A DNA stretch of 64,000 nt from positions 1-64,000 of IMG/VR virus record IMGVR_UViG_2579779031_000002; one strand, given 5' to 3'. The DNA comes from an uncultured virus (IMG/VR IMGVR_UViG_2579779031_000002). Lineage: Duplodnaviria; Heunggongvirae; Uroviricota; Caudoviricetes. Shown here piece by piece: positions 29,123 through 38,043 of the stretch; position 1 is the stretch's first letter; each line of letters opens with the position of its first letter. The notes beneath the pieces are model-generated. The model was not told the origin of the DNA and did no database searches. It worked only from the letters and a program-made list of their open reading frames with translations. A program made the position numbers and the translations under genes.

Positions 29123-29565
29123 TAACGGTTCCCCATATTAAAACTCTTAGGGACCATTAAAAATGCAAGTTTTGGTAAAGCTTCTTTCTTCTCATTATAG
29201 TTTTGCTGAGCTTCTGAGACTGAAAGCCCGTAACTTTCGACACCTAGCCCACGGGTAGCTTCAACTAATCGAGCTTGCAAAAGATCACATTGCGCTTTTA
29301 CTAAAGGCAAAATGATTACATACTCATCCCCATTAAGTTCTATGGATTCATTCAGTTCAATACTGGTAATTGCCTTAGTTTGACAATCTAATGTCGCCCA
29401 ACCCGCATAAGATTTTGTCTCTTCAATAAATGCCTTAACGATATCCTCAAGCAAAATTGAGTAACCAGTTAATTGATATTCTTTATAGAGTTCTTCCGAA
29501 AGTTGCTGGATAGAACCAGCAACTACAGCATACCCTTCTGATTCAGGTAATAACTTCATAGCCAT
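29122..29565 (-). CDS. Morphogenesis protein (P1 PmgC-like)
   Basis: Follows tube; QARLVEATRGLG..YG motif. Confidence 0.5.
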   Translation of the reverse strand: MAMKLLPESEGYAVVAGSIQQLSEELYKEYQLTGYSILLEDIVKAFIEETKSYAGWATLDCQTKAITSIELNESIELNGDEYVIILPLVKAQCDLLQARLVEATRGLGVESYGLSVSEAQQNYNEKKEALPKLAFLMVPKSFNMGNR

Positions 29566-30212
29566 TACCCAAATAGATTGCCCAGTTGACGACCAACGCC
29601 TTGCACAGCATTTGCAAGATTAGTTGCTTGTTGAGCAGTATTGATCACTTGCTGAACTCGATTAACAAGCTCAGCTGTACCATCAATTTCTTTTTTACCC
29701 GGCTGAATACTACCGTTGGTACCAATGTTTGCGAAACTACCAAAGTAGTTGTAATCAATTGGGCAAGAAACTGTCATTACTTGTGATCGGCTATCAGAAT
29801 CGTATTCAGCTGATTCAAAACGAATAGCACAGTTTTCAAGTGCATATGAGCGGGTAAAACTTCCTAATCGGCCATCGTAGTAATCACCATGGATGATTCC
29901 ACCACTAGCTACGACATATTCAGCTAATAGTTGATCATGACCAGCTTCAGTTACTAGGATTTGAAGGTTGCCTGTGTAATGGGTTTTCGGTGGACCAGCA
30001 ACAATTCCAGTAAAACCACCCGCATATTGAACTTCTGCTGGATCTTCATTACTCACAATCGGCCGTGGGCAACTTTTAAATAAAAAGCGAAGGTCTTCCA
30101 TGCCACGAGGTACAAACATTCCTTGACACGCTAATAAGGGGGACCCAAGTTGCTGTAAGGCAATATAATCTTGTTTAAGCTGGTTAAGTAAAATCGGGTT
30201 AGATTGTTGCAT
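29565..30212 (-). CDS. Tail tube protein (P1-like)
   Basis: GMEDLRFLFKS, AGP...GNLQI, LENC..., IDYNY pattern as I recall for P1 tube. Confidence 0.7.
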   Translation of the reverse strand: MQQSNPILLNQLKQDYIALQQLGSPLLACQGMFVPRGMEDLRFLFKSCPRPIVSNEDPAEVQYAGGFTGIVAGPPKTHYTGNLQILVTEAGHDQLLAEYVVASGGIIHGDYYDGRLGSFTRSYALENCAIRFESAEYDSDSRSQVMTVSCPIDYNYFGSFANIGTNGSIQPGKKEIDGTAELVNRVQQVINTAQQATNLANAVQGVGRQLGNLFG

Positions 30213-30245
30213 GATCTTGATGCTCTATAGCTTTTATATGCATCA

Positions 30246-30286
30246 AGAGTAAAAGGTTAAAACCCTTTCAAAGTTGTTTGGTTCCA
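30246..30286 (-). promoter_or_regulatory. TGGAAC-N29-TACTCT putative late promoter (tube/baseplate/fibre)
   Basis: TGGAAC 30286-30281; TCTTGATGC/GCATCAAGA hairpin 30216-30248. Confidence 0.8.
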
Positions 30287-30288
30287 TT

Positions 30289-30314
30289 AAAAAAGCCACC
30301 TTAAAGGTAGCTTT
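30289..30314 (-). terminator. Intrinsic terminator
   Basis: Minus strand GCTACC-tttaa-GGTGGC-TTTTTT. Confidence 0.7.
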
Positions 30315-30326
30315 GTTTATTTCTTT

Positions 30327-30605
30327 TTATCCAATATTCGGCGGTACCCGCAGAACTTGTACTGAAGGCACACCACGTTCAAGGGTATCTTGGACACATC
30401 GATAATCAGAGTTATTTGGTTCATAACCGAGTTCACCGCGAATATTTCCTTTATGGATCGTCATAGGTGCATCAAAACGCCCACGCATAAAACGGCCAAT
30501 GATAATCGTGTCAGTTAATGATTGATTTGTTTTTGTTTCAGTTTTATCAGTTTTTTTCTGATATTGAATACCTGGCGCTTCACCTAAGATTTGAGTTGTA
30601 TTCAT
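30327..30605 (-). CDS. Stand-alone tail-sheath N-terminal-like domain (92 aa)
   Basis: LGEAPGI, IGRFMRGR, ELG, VQVLRV; AAGGA RBS. Confidence 0.65.
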   Translation of the reverse strand: MNTTQILGEAPGIQYQKKTDKTETKTNQSLTDTIIIGRFMRGRFDAPMTIHKGNIRGELGYEPNNSDYRCVQDTLERGVPSVQVLRVPPNIG

Positions 30606-30667
30606 GCTTATTTCCTTATTTGAATGGATGATAGGTAAAGCCAAAAAATGACCTTACCTATGAGTAA

Positions 30668-31435
30668 TTAGTAAATACCTAAGCGTTTACCTTTTTTGAA
30701 TGAACGTAAACGCTTGTTGATTGCATTCGCAGTAAAAGCATGAAGTCGAGCTTTTTTCATACCAGCTTTTTGTGCTGCAGTTAAACGGACCTTTTGACCA
30801 GGTAATCGTTTATTCACAACGGTTTTGACACCTTGACGAATAGCCAACACACCACGGTAGTGAATTTTTCGTCCATTTACTTTCCGTTGGCTAAATGCTC
30901 CATTTCGAGCTTTAATTTTTTTAGCCATTGAATCAAAACCTTCTTCAGTTTCATCCGCTTCACCGAAAATAAACTCTCGAACGAGTTCTTCAAGTTCTGG
31001 GCCATCGTCTGGCATATTAGCAAGAACTGTATTGGCTGCTGCTTCTAACGCCGCGTCAGCAACTTCTGTATCATCACTAAAGATCTCTTCAATATCAGAA
31101 GTGTCAACGCCGAATGTTAAGAAAGCATCGGACAGAGATGCCATTAAAGCGCTTTCAAAGATGCCTTCTTCATCATCTGCACCATCTAAGGCATCGACAA
31201 TTAATGCATCTAAATGATCAACGCCCAGTTCACCTTCTTCAAGCTTACCTTCACTGATTGTATCTACCGTATCGGATAGAATGTTCAGAGCAATTTGTCG
31301 TACTTGTTCAATCACAGATTGCTGTTCTCGATCAGTACTTGAAACCTTACTTACAACGGTAGAAATATTCTCCGCTGCTGAATCAAAAGCACGTAAAGTT
31401 AATGGTTTTTCAGTAGTGGGGCCAAATGGATTCAT
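30668..31435 (-). CDS. Virion protein with acidic body and basic tail (P1 gp21-like)
   Basis: RLTAAQKAGMKKARLHA basic C-terminus; follows sheath. Confidence 0.6.
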   Translation of the reverse strand: MNPFGPTTEKPLTLRAFDSAAENISTVVSKVSSTDREQQSVIEQVRQIALNILSDTVDTISEGKLEEGELGVDHLDALIVDALDGADDEEGIFESALMASLSDAFLTFGVDTSDIEEIFSDDTEVADAALEAAANTVLANMPDDGPELEELVREFIFGEADETEEGFDSMAKKIKARNGAFSQRKVNGRKIHYRGVLAIRQGVKTVVNKRLPGQKVRLTAAQKAGMKKARLHAFTANAINKRLRSFKKGKRLGIY

Positions 31436-31456
31436 CTTGATAGATCCTTAATAAAA

Positions 31457-32752
31457 TTATTTAACTAAAACGTCGTCATCAAAAATTGCGGCACGAGTTG
31501 TACCAACAACTCCATGGGCTAAATAGAGTCGTACACGCTCATATGGATAGTCTTTGTCAGGTATTAAACTGAACTCAAAAGGTTTACCCCCTAGATCTTC
31601 AGCCGGTTGCAACCAACCGGTTGTTTCACTAGAAGCACCTTCTAAAAACTCTTGGATGTCATCACCAGCTTTTTTGATATAGTCCGGTGTAGCTTGGAAC
31701 ATATAAGTCCGTAGGATCTCGATACATTTATTCGTAACTCGAGCCGAAATCTCCGCGGCCGGAACTAAACGCAAAGCACTATTTTTGCTTTGGTATTGGG
31801 TAAGCACATCACTTAATACAAATAATGTAGTTTCAAACTTAACTGGGCGAACTACATTTACTTTAGCCTTAGCCAACATTTCTTGTGTCTGTTCATCTTC
31901 AAGATCAATATTCGGCATCTGGCTTAAGTTTTTTGCTGTAAAGGGATAATCTTTCCAAGCTACTGCATTTTTTAACGGCGCAAAGCCTTGTTTATTTAAC
32001 TTTGCATTACGTAATAATTTATCGCCGATGTAATGGCCCAAATAATAAGCTGGTACCTTACGACCTCTTAGCGTGACAGCATCAGATGGGCGGCAAAGGT
32101 TCGGGCTCCAAATGAATTGAACAAACTGTGATTGAGCATCTACGCTTGTCGCAAATTGAGCTGCTTGCTCAGCTGTAAAAGTTGGGTTGATTTCAGCATC
32201 CAAAGGAATACGTAATTTTGTAGCTGCACGTTGAGCCGCAACATAAATTGGTAAATCATGAGGATTTGGTAAAGTCAGATATGCTGGTGTGCTTAATTGG
32301 CTTGTCAGAATTTTATATAGTTCATCTGGATTAAATGACGGTAACGATTCGTCTTCCAATGCCAACGTTTTTGATGCACGACCTAAGCTATTTGATTCGT
32401 TATAAGCATTAGATTTGAGAATTGCTTGTAACGCATCAATACCTAACGATAAATCAAATCGCTCGAAATATTCTTTCGCATCAGCTACAGCGACAATAGA
32501 AGCGGAATTTTCAATGTCTCCATCTACTAATCCCTGAACAGTAACAATTTGGTCACCAGTTACCGCATCACGTATTTCTAAACGCATAGAAATATCTGCA
32601 GGTCCACGTGGGCTTGAAACTTTCGCAAAAAAGGCCACATTGATTTCTGCACTTGCAAGATAACTGTATGTATCAAATTCTAATTTGAGTGATGGACTGT
32701 CCCCTGCTACAAGGGATAGCTCACCTGTACTTGATAGAGCAAGTATATTCAT
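31457..32752 (-). CDS. Tail sheath protein (P1 gp22-like C-terminal part)
   Basis: KVNVVRP, LSDVLTQ, SALR, GWLQPAED, GTTRA sheath C-terminal pattern. Confidence 0.7.
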   Translation of the reverse strand: MNILALSSTGELSLVAGDSPSLKLEFDTYSYLASAEINVAFFAKVSSPRGPADISMRLEIRDAVTGDQIVTVQGLVDGDIENSASIVAVADAKEYFERFDLSLGIDALQAILKSNAYNESNSLGRASKTLALEDESLPSFNPDELYKILTSQLSTPAYLTLPNPHDLPIYVAAQRAATKLRIPLDAEINPTFTAEQAAQFATSVDAQSQFVQFIWSPNLCRPSDAVTLRGRKVPAYYLGHYIGDKLLRNAKLNKQGFAPLKNAVAWKDYPFTAKNLSQMPNIDLEDEQTQEMLAKAKVNVVRPVKFETTLFVLSDVLTQYQSKNSALRLVPAAEISARVTNKCIEILRTYMFQATPDYIKKAGDDIQEFLEGASSETTGWLQPAEDLGGKPFEFSLIPDKDYPYERVRLYLAHGVVGTTRAAIFDDDVLVK

Positions 32753-32785
32753 TACATTACACGCCCAAGGCTATTTGTTTTAAGT

Positions 32786-32826
32786 ATTTTGAGCCGTTGG
32801 CTTTTTTGATTTTCTGGCTAGTTCCA
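32786..32826 (-). promoter_or_regulatory. TGGAAC-N29-CAAAAT putative late promoter (sheath)
   Basis: TGGAAC 32826-32821; ATG 32752. Confidence 0.8.
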
Positions 32827-32829
32827 ATG

Positions 32830-32856
32830 AAAAAAAACCACTCGAAAGTGGTTTTT
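32830..32856. terminator. Bidirectional intrinsic terminator
   Basis: AAAAACCACT-cgaa-AGTGGTTTTT. Confidence 0.85.
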
Positions 32857-32869
32857 CTTTTCCTAAATT

Positions 32870-33157
32870 TTATAATCCGCTAGCAGGCACTGTAGGCTCT
32901 TCTGCCTCAGTAGGTACAATCTGAAGTACATTACCTTTCAAGCCATTAATTTGATCTAAGTTATCTAGCAATTGTTTATGAGCTTCGTCACCGATCAAAG
33001 TGAATGTAACCTTTTGACCAGCTTGTACTAAAACTTGTGTAAATGGTTCGGTAATGTCACTTAAACCTTTATTTTGAAGTGTAATACTTCGTTCTGTTGG
33101 TTGATCACCTACAGCATCCATAATTGGGTTCGTGCCATCAATAATGAAAATAGTCAT
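32870..33157 (-). CDS. Hypothetical virion protein, paralog of upstream gene C-terminus
   Basis: NKG...EPF...AGQ...QLLDNLDQINGL. Confidence 0.7.
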   Translation of the reverse strand: MTIFIIDGTNPIMDAVGDQPTERSITLQNKGLSDITEPFTQVLVQAGQKVTFTLIGDEAHKQLLDNLDQINGLKGNVLQIVPTEAEEPTVPASGL

Positions 33158-33161
33158 CTTG

Positions 33162-33785
33162 TTACTCAACAATTAGATTCTTACCAAGACCCTTCAACTG
33201 ACGTAAGTTTTCAAGAACTTGATGCTTAAATGTTTGGTTATGGCACTTAATTTTTTGTGTTTGACCTGCCCCAATAGAAATACGTGATAACGGTTCTAAA
33301 ACAGTTGAAAAACCGTTATTAGTCACATTAATAACTAGAGGATCTATATTACTAATGGTAGAACCAGAAAGATTTTCCACAATTTGATGTTCGGCTTTAG
33401 GATTATCAGTTTCTTTAGTTTTATTTGCTACATACCCTAACTCATCAACATTCCAAAAAATTTTGGAATCAAGATCTTTTAAAGGTGTGACAGAGTCATT
33501 TGATGATTCAGTTGAGTTTCCATTATCTTTAGTACTGGAATCTTCATTATCTGAATCGCCATTTTTCAAATCAGTAGGTTTATTACCTTCATCTTGAGAT
33601 GCGCCGTTTTCAGGACCTTGGCTATTTAACAAATCACCTTGATCTGAAGAATTGTTCTCATCAGATTGAGGGTTCTGTGTTTCTGTAGTTTTATTTGTTT
33701 TACTACGTGTATTTTTTGATTTAGTAATAGCTTGTTCGTCAGTTGAAGCTAAAGTTTCGTCAGTGTTTTGTGTTGCTGCAGCCAT
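33162..33785 (-). CDS. Hypothetical protein with disordered acidic N-terminus
   Basis: AAAGGA RBS; directly after capsid gene. Confidence 0.7.
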   Translation of the reverse strand: MAAATQNTDETLASTDEQAITKSKNTRSKTNKTTETQNPQSDENNSSDQGDLLNSQGPENGASQDEGNKPTDLKNGDSDNEDSSTKDNGNSTESSNDSVTPLKDLDSKIFWNVDELGYVANKTKETDNPKAEHQIVENLSGSTISNIDPLVINVTNNGFSTVLEPLSRISIGAGQTQKIKCHNQTFKHQVLENLRQLKGLGKNLIVE

Positions 33786-33813
33786 GAGATTATCCTTTCA
33801 ATAAATAGGGTAA

Positions 33814-33838
33814 AAAGGCGCATCGAAATGCGCCCTTA
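33814..33838 (-). terminator. Terminator after capsid gene
   Basis: Minus strand GGCGCAT-ttcg-ATGCGCC-TTTTT. Confidence 0.8.
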
Positions 33839-33848
33839 TTTGTTTTAC

Positions 33849-35627
33849 TTACGAATTTTTGAGGGATGGCATATTGATACAGTGGATGACATAACTTTGA
33901 TCAGCATAACGTTCTAACGGGTTCATTTCGGCTGCTTGAGCACCGATTAAAGTAAGTACTGATTCACGCGCATCTGGACGAGTTTCAATAACTGAAAGAG
34001 GCGTTTGAATAAAGCCAACGAACGGCGCACGAATTGGCTCATTACCACGACCAACTAAAAGCATATCAAACGCTGTATCTGCTTCAGCTACAAGCTCTTG
34101 TGCTGACGGTGCGTGGTAAACGTTAGTACCATCTGCAAGAGTACCAATACGGACAATTTGACCATAACCAGCAGTGTATCCGGTTTTAACTGGCATCTTG
34201 TCGCTTGACAGTTGATTAAAGAATACTGAGCCAGTATCGCCAACATATAAGTCAAATGCTACGGTAGAGCCACCTGTACGTTGGTTAATATCCAATTTGG
34301 CCGCTGCAATAAATTTATTTACTTCCGCAAACAAGTCACCTGAAGTATTAAATGCAGCTGCTAATTTACCAGTCACACCACGAGAAGCATCAAAATTAAC
34401 TTCACGACCTGAGTATTCAGCTAAATCTTTTGCTTCACCTAATAAACGTACAGTTTGTTCTAAGAAGATTTTTCCTTGAACAATAGCTAAAGCCTGCCCC
34501 AGGAAGCCAAGCTTAAGTTCGTTAGTTAACTGAGATTGTAATAGTGTTGAAGCTGTAACCCGTGCCATGATTGGTGACGCAACCAATGTTTCATATTCAG
34601 GTTCGAAATCAACACCAACTGGGGTTAATAGATAGTTATCATTACCATCCCGTGCATCAAAATCCGCAACCAGATGAACTTCAATTTTCGCACCAGCTGG
34701 TAATGCTTCATTCAAAGTCACGCTAATTTTGCTAGCTGAAATGTCAATTTCGCTACCAATTACACGATATTCAACGCCGTTTACTACTACGTCTTTCTCA
34801 GCAATAGCAGAAATCTTGCCTGAAAATTTTGATTTACTGCGGCTTCGAGTATGCGCAACTTCTTTACCATTGATCTTGATAGATACATTACCCGCAATAA
34901 ATGGCAATAAACTCGCTTTGGCGTCAGGTGTTTTAGCCTTGAAGTCTTCATAACCTGTTCGTGCAGTTACAGTATAAGTTGTACCTGCACCACCATTAGA
35001 CAATGCAAAACGGAATCGTCCTTCAACATAAGGCTTAGAAGCATTTGCACCATCTAAGTATTCTGATTTCTTCATTGCACCAAAATCACGGTTGGTGATA
35101 AAGCGAATAGATACAATCGGTACTTCATTTGAACCATTCGAGTTGGGAACCATTGCAACGATAGGTGTTGCATAAGCGATAACGTTGGCGATAGTAGCAA
35201 CTGTAATTGCAGGAACGATGCTTACAGATTCATGATGTTGGTGATTTACATCATCAAAACCAGATTCATTAATACTGTCATAATAGCTAAGGGTCTCAGC
35301 AGGCAAAGCAGCTGCTTGTTTTGCGCCACTTAAACCAGCAGTTAACGCAGCGGCAATGATTGAAGGATGCGGTAATTCGCCCCCATGACGTGATTGATAT
35401 TGTGATACCCCAAACATCACAGCTTTATCAATCTCTGGTGCATACTCCATGCCGATTGAATCAAAAATTTCTTTTAATACTTCTGGGTACTCTTCTGCCG
35501 CTGTTTGCGCACTGTCAAACCCATTTTCAAGCTCTTCAGGACTTTTGAAATAGTAATTTCGGCACTGAACAGTTGCTAGTTGTTGAGCATCATAATTTTT
35601 ACGAATTTCTTTTGTTAACACAGTCAT
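33849..35627 (-). CDS. Major capsid protein (P1 gp23-like)
   Basis: 592 aa, own promoter and terminator, YQSRHGGELP N-terminal segment, upstream of sheath as in P1. Confidence 0.75.
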   Translation of the reverse strand: MTVLTKEIRKNYDAQQLATVQCRNYYFKSPEELENGFDSAQTAAEEYPEVLKEIFDSIGMEYAPEIDKAVMFGVSQYQSRHGGELPHPSIIAAALTAGLSGAKQAAALPAETLSYYDSINESGFDDVNHQHHESVSIVPAITVATIANVIAYATPIVAMVPNSNGSNEVPIVSIRFITNRDFGAMKKSEYLDGANASKPYVEGRFRFALSNGGAGTTYTVTARTGYEDFKAKTPDAKASLLPFIAGNVSIKINGKEVAHTRSRSKSKFSGKISAIAEKDVVVNGVEYRVIGSEIDISASKISVTLNEALPAGAKIEVHLVADFDARDGNDNYLLTPVGVDFEPEYETLVASPIMARVTASTLLQSQLTNELKLGFLGQALAIVQGKIFLEQTVRLLGEAKDLAEYSGREVNFDASRGVTGKLAAAFNTSGDLFAEVNKFIAAAKLDINQRTGGSTVAFDLYVGDTGSVFFNQLSSDKMPVKTGYTAGYGQIVRIGTLADGTNVYHAPSAQELVAEADTAFDMLLVGRGNEPIRAPFVGFIQTPLSVIETRPDARESVLTLIGAQAAEMNPLERYADQSYVIHCINMPSLKNS

Positions 35628-35665
35628 TTTAAACCAGCCTTTGGCTTTCTATGTAAGATGCATAA

Positions 35666-35706
35666 AGTCTGACATGGCGTATTTTTACTAAAGTTGGTCG
35701 GTTCCA
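35666..35706 (-). promoter_or_regulatory. TGGAAC-N29-CAGACT putative late promoter (capsid)
   Basis: TGGAAC 35706-35701; ATG 35627. Confidence 0.8.
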
Positions 35707-35781
35707 AACATAAAAAAGTCCCCAAAATTGAGGACAAAGAAAATGTAGCTAAAGGACCATCTCAGCCCTTTATTTATATAG

Positions 35782-36084
35782 CTATCCGCTTACACCACTC
35801 GAAACATAAATCTCCACATTATCACCTGCTTTCACTTTATAACGGAGCTTATCCCAGCAATGCTGTCTAAACGGTTCAGTGTCGGGGGCAGCAGCTGTTA
35901 ATGTAAGAATAGACACCCAGTGAGAATCGTTTTGCGGATCTGCATATGGAACATTGCTTCCAAAAAACTCTACTTCTGCCCCGTTCCCAATTACCTGGTA
36001 ATTGAAAATTGCTGAAGTACATTGTTCAGCTATTTCAATGTCACCTGTCTTTTTACCTTTTTCATTGAATATTAAATAGCTCAT
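35782..36084 (-). CDS. Hypothetical beta-rich protein
   Basis: GGAG RBS, ATGA-type overlap. Confidence 0.65.
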   Translation of the reverse strand: MSYLIFNEKGKKTGDIEIAEQCTSAIFNYQVIGNGAEVEFFGSNVPYADPQNDSHWVSILTLTAAAPDTEPFRQHCWDKLRYKVKAGDNVEIYVSSGVSG

Positions 36085-36629
36085 TTAGTTTCTCCATCAC
36101 CTATAGGTGAAATAAACAAATCATCTCTACGGTTTAAAACATACTTACTGCCAAAATCTGCCATGAGGCTAAAACCAGTAATATTCACAATCTCAAACCA
36201 CAACATTAGATTTTCATAAATCATTAAACCTAATAGATCCCCTTCTTTAAGAATCAAGTCGGGAATGTTGATTATCCTTTCCAAAACATCTTCCAACTCA
36301 TCATTAAATGGCTCTACTTGAGCAGTTAGCACCAAATCCGAGGGGTTATTCATTGAGAAGTTCTTTTGAATATAACCACCATTAAATTTATCGAAATGAA
36401 CATAAGCAGCGCCCTTATATTCGTACTTATAGTTGGGTTCGTCTTGAATCGATAAAGTGTTCGCTTCAAAAGAAAGAGGATCTAAAGGTTTTGAATCTTC
36501 AGCCGGATTATTGAAAATTACTTCTTTTCGCCAAATTTGCGCTGGAATACTTGCTAGAGCATTCATCACAACACGTCTAGCTGCTAAACGGCGTCCATTT
36601 GCAACTTGATTTACTGATCTATTTAGCAT
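36081..36629 (-). CDS. Putative virion (neck/tail) protein
   Basis: 182 aa in late operon. Confidence 0.55.
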   Translation of the reverse strand: MLNRSVNQVANGRRLAARRVVMNALASIPAQIWRKEVIFNNPAEDSKPLDPLSFEANTLSIQDEPNYKYEYKGAAYVHFDKFNGGYIQKNFSMNNPSDLVLTAQVEPFNDELEDVLERIINIPDLILKEGDLLGLMIYENLMLWFEIVNITGFSLMADFGSKYVLNRRDDLFISPIGDGETK

Positions 36630-37749
36630 TTCGACTTAAACCCTTCATAAAGACATTTAACATGTCATTGTCGATTGCGCCTGATTTATGTAAGGCTTGA
36701 ATTCTTTCAATTTGACTCGCTCTAACAGTTTCCACTTCAAAACGTTTGAGGGTTTTTAATTCGCGTTCTAAGAGCTTTTTGGCAACTTTATCAGCTCTAC
36801 GCATCATTTCTTTTTCTGCTTTTTGGATATTGGCTTTGATTGGCTTAACAGAACCATTCATCAAATCCTTTACTTGCTCGTTAATTGAATTCTGTATTTG
36901 CTTATCTGTTTGTTTATACCGTGCACCTACTTGTTTTTTACGGTCTTTCTCTACTTCCTTTTTAAGGTAGGCAATCCCAGATGGTGAACTAATCCACTTA
37001 ACAACGCGCAATACATGCTTACATGCCACACCTGATAAATGCGGGTTACGTATCTTCGGAAAGCCGCCCTCATCACGTCCTAAATTGTAACCGCCAATAG
37101 TTGCCATATAGCGGTACCAGAACGTATGACGTTCGCAATCACACTGAAATTTGATTTTGCCTTTAGCCAAGCGGTTTTTAACCGTGGTTAATGCCTGCTT
37201 GTCGATATCAAATACGACAGATTTAAAGTTTGAAAACTCAATCTCAACGTGATGATTTAAAACTTTACTATTTGGGCCGGCATTAGTAAGAAAGTGCACT
37301 AATCCAGCTTTTCTGCTGACTGGTACCGCCAAATATATTTGCTCATTTGCACGGTCAATATCGTCTTGTCGGCTTAAATTAATGATGTTTTGAGGGGTAA
37401 TACCCTTACTATACTGATCTTTTAATAACTGAATGTTTTCCTGAAATGCCAAGATATCATCACGGGTAATACGCCGTGGCACTTCCCCATTTCGCTGACC
37501 TAACGTAGTAAAAAGAACTCGTTCGACATCATATTTTTCCCCTTGGGCAATATCTTGTGGTCGCAAGAACATAGGCTTAGGGATCTTTCGTCCCCAATCA
37601 TCATATTCAATTTCTTTTTCTGCAAATGCCCGCTGTTCTCGATCTGCTCGTTGGCGACTTTGTTGATCTCTACGAACTCCACCATTTTGCAAAGATTGGT
37701 TTAATTGCATCTGAGCACGGCGTAAGTCATCTGGCTTAAATGCTGACAT
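36619..37749 (-). CDS. P1-like protein with SWIM-like Zn motif
   Basis: FQCDC...FPKIRNP...VACKH. Confidence 0.6.
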   Translation of the reverse strand: MSAFKPDDLRRAQMQLNQSLQNGGVRRDQQSRQRADREQRAFAEKEIEYDDWGRKIPKPMFLRPQDIAQGEKYDVERVLFTTLGQRNGEVPRRITRDDILAFQENIQLLKDQYSKGITPQNIINLSRQDDIDRANEQIYLAVPVSRKAGLVHFLTNAGPNSKVLNHHVEIEFSNFKSVVFDIDKQALTTVKNRLAKGKIKFQCDCERHTFWYRYMATIGGYNLGRDEGGFPKIRNPHLSGVACKHVLRVVKWISSPSGIAYLKKEVEKDRKKQVGARYKQTDKQIQNSINEQVKDLMNGSVKPIKANIQKAEKEMMRRADKVAKKLLERELKTLKRFEVETVRASQIERIQALHKSGAIDNDMLNVFMKGLSRNAK

Positions 37750-37750
37750 A

Positions 37751-38029
37751 TTAATTATCCTGCAAGTATTCTTTTTGAAGTCTTAAAAGATCAACTAGGC
37801 GTGGAAATGCTACTTTTTGTAGAGGTAACTTTTCCCAAACACCATTTGCCCCACAAGCCACAAGTACTGCATCAATATGATTTCTTGAACCATATAATTT
37901 CAAACTCAACAATGATGGATCTTGCGATTCATCCTCTTTAATCTCCCATACAATCAAGTTCTGAATATTATTCTGTTGAAGATATCGGTGAATTAAATCT
38001 CTGATGGCATTTCGATAGTCATTTCTCAT
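37751..38029 (-). CDS. Small baseplate protein (tail X/LysM-like)
   Basis: DPSLLSLKLYGSR...VLVACG. Confidence 0.55.
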   Translation of the reverse strand: MRNDYRNAIRDLIHRYLQQNNIQNLIVWEIKEDESQDPSLLSLKLYGSRNHIDAVLVACGANGVWEKLPLQKVAFPRLVDLLRLQKEYLQDN

Positions 38030-38043
38030 ACTGTTTCACCTAT

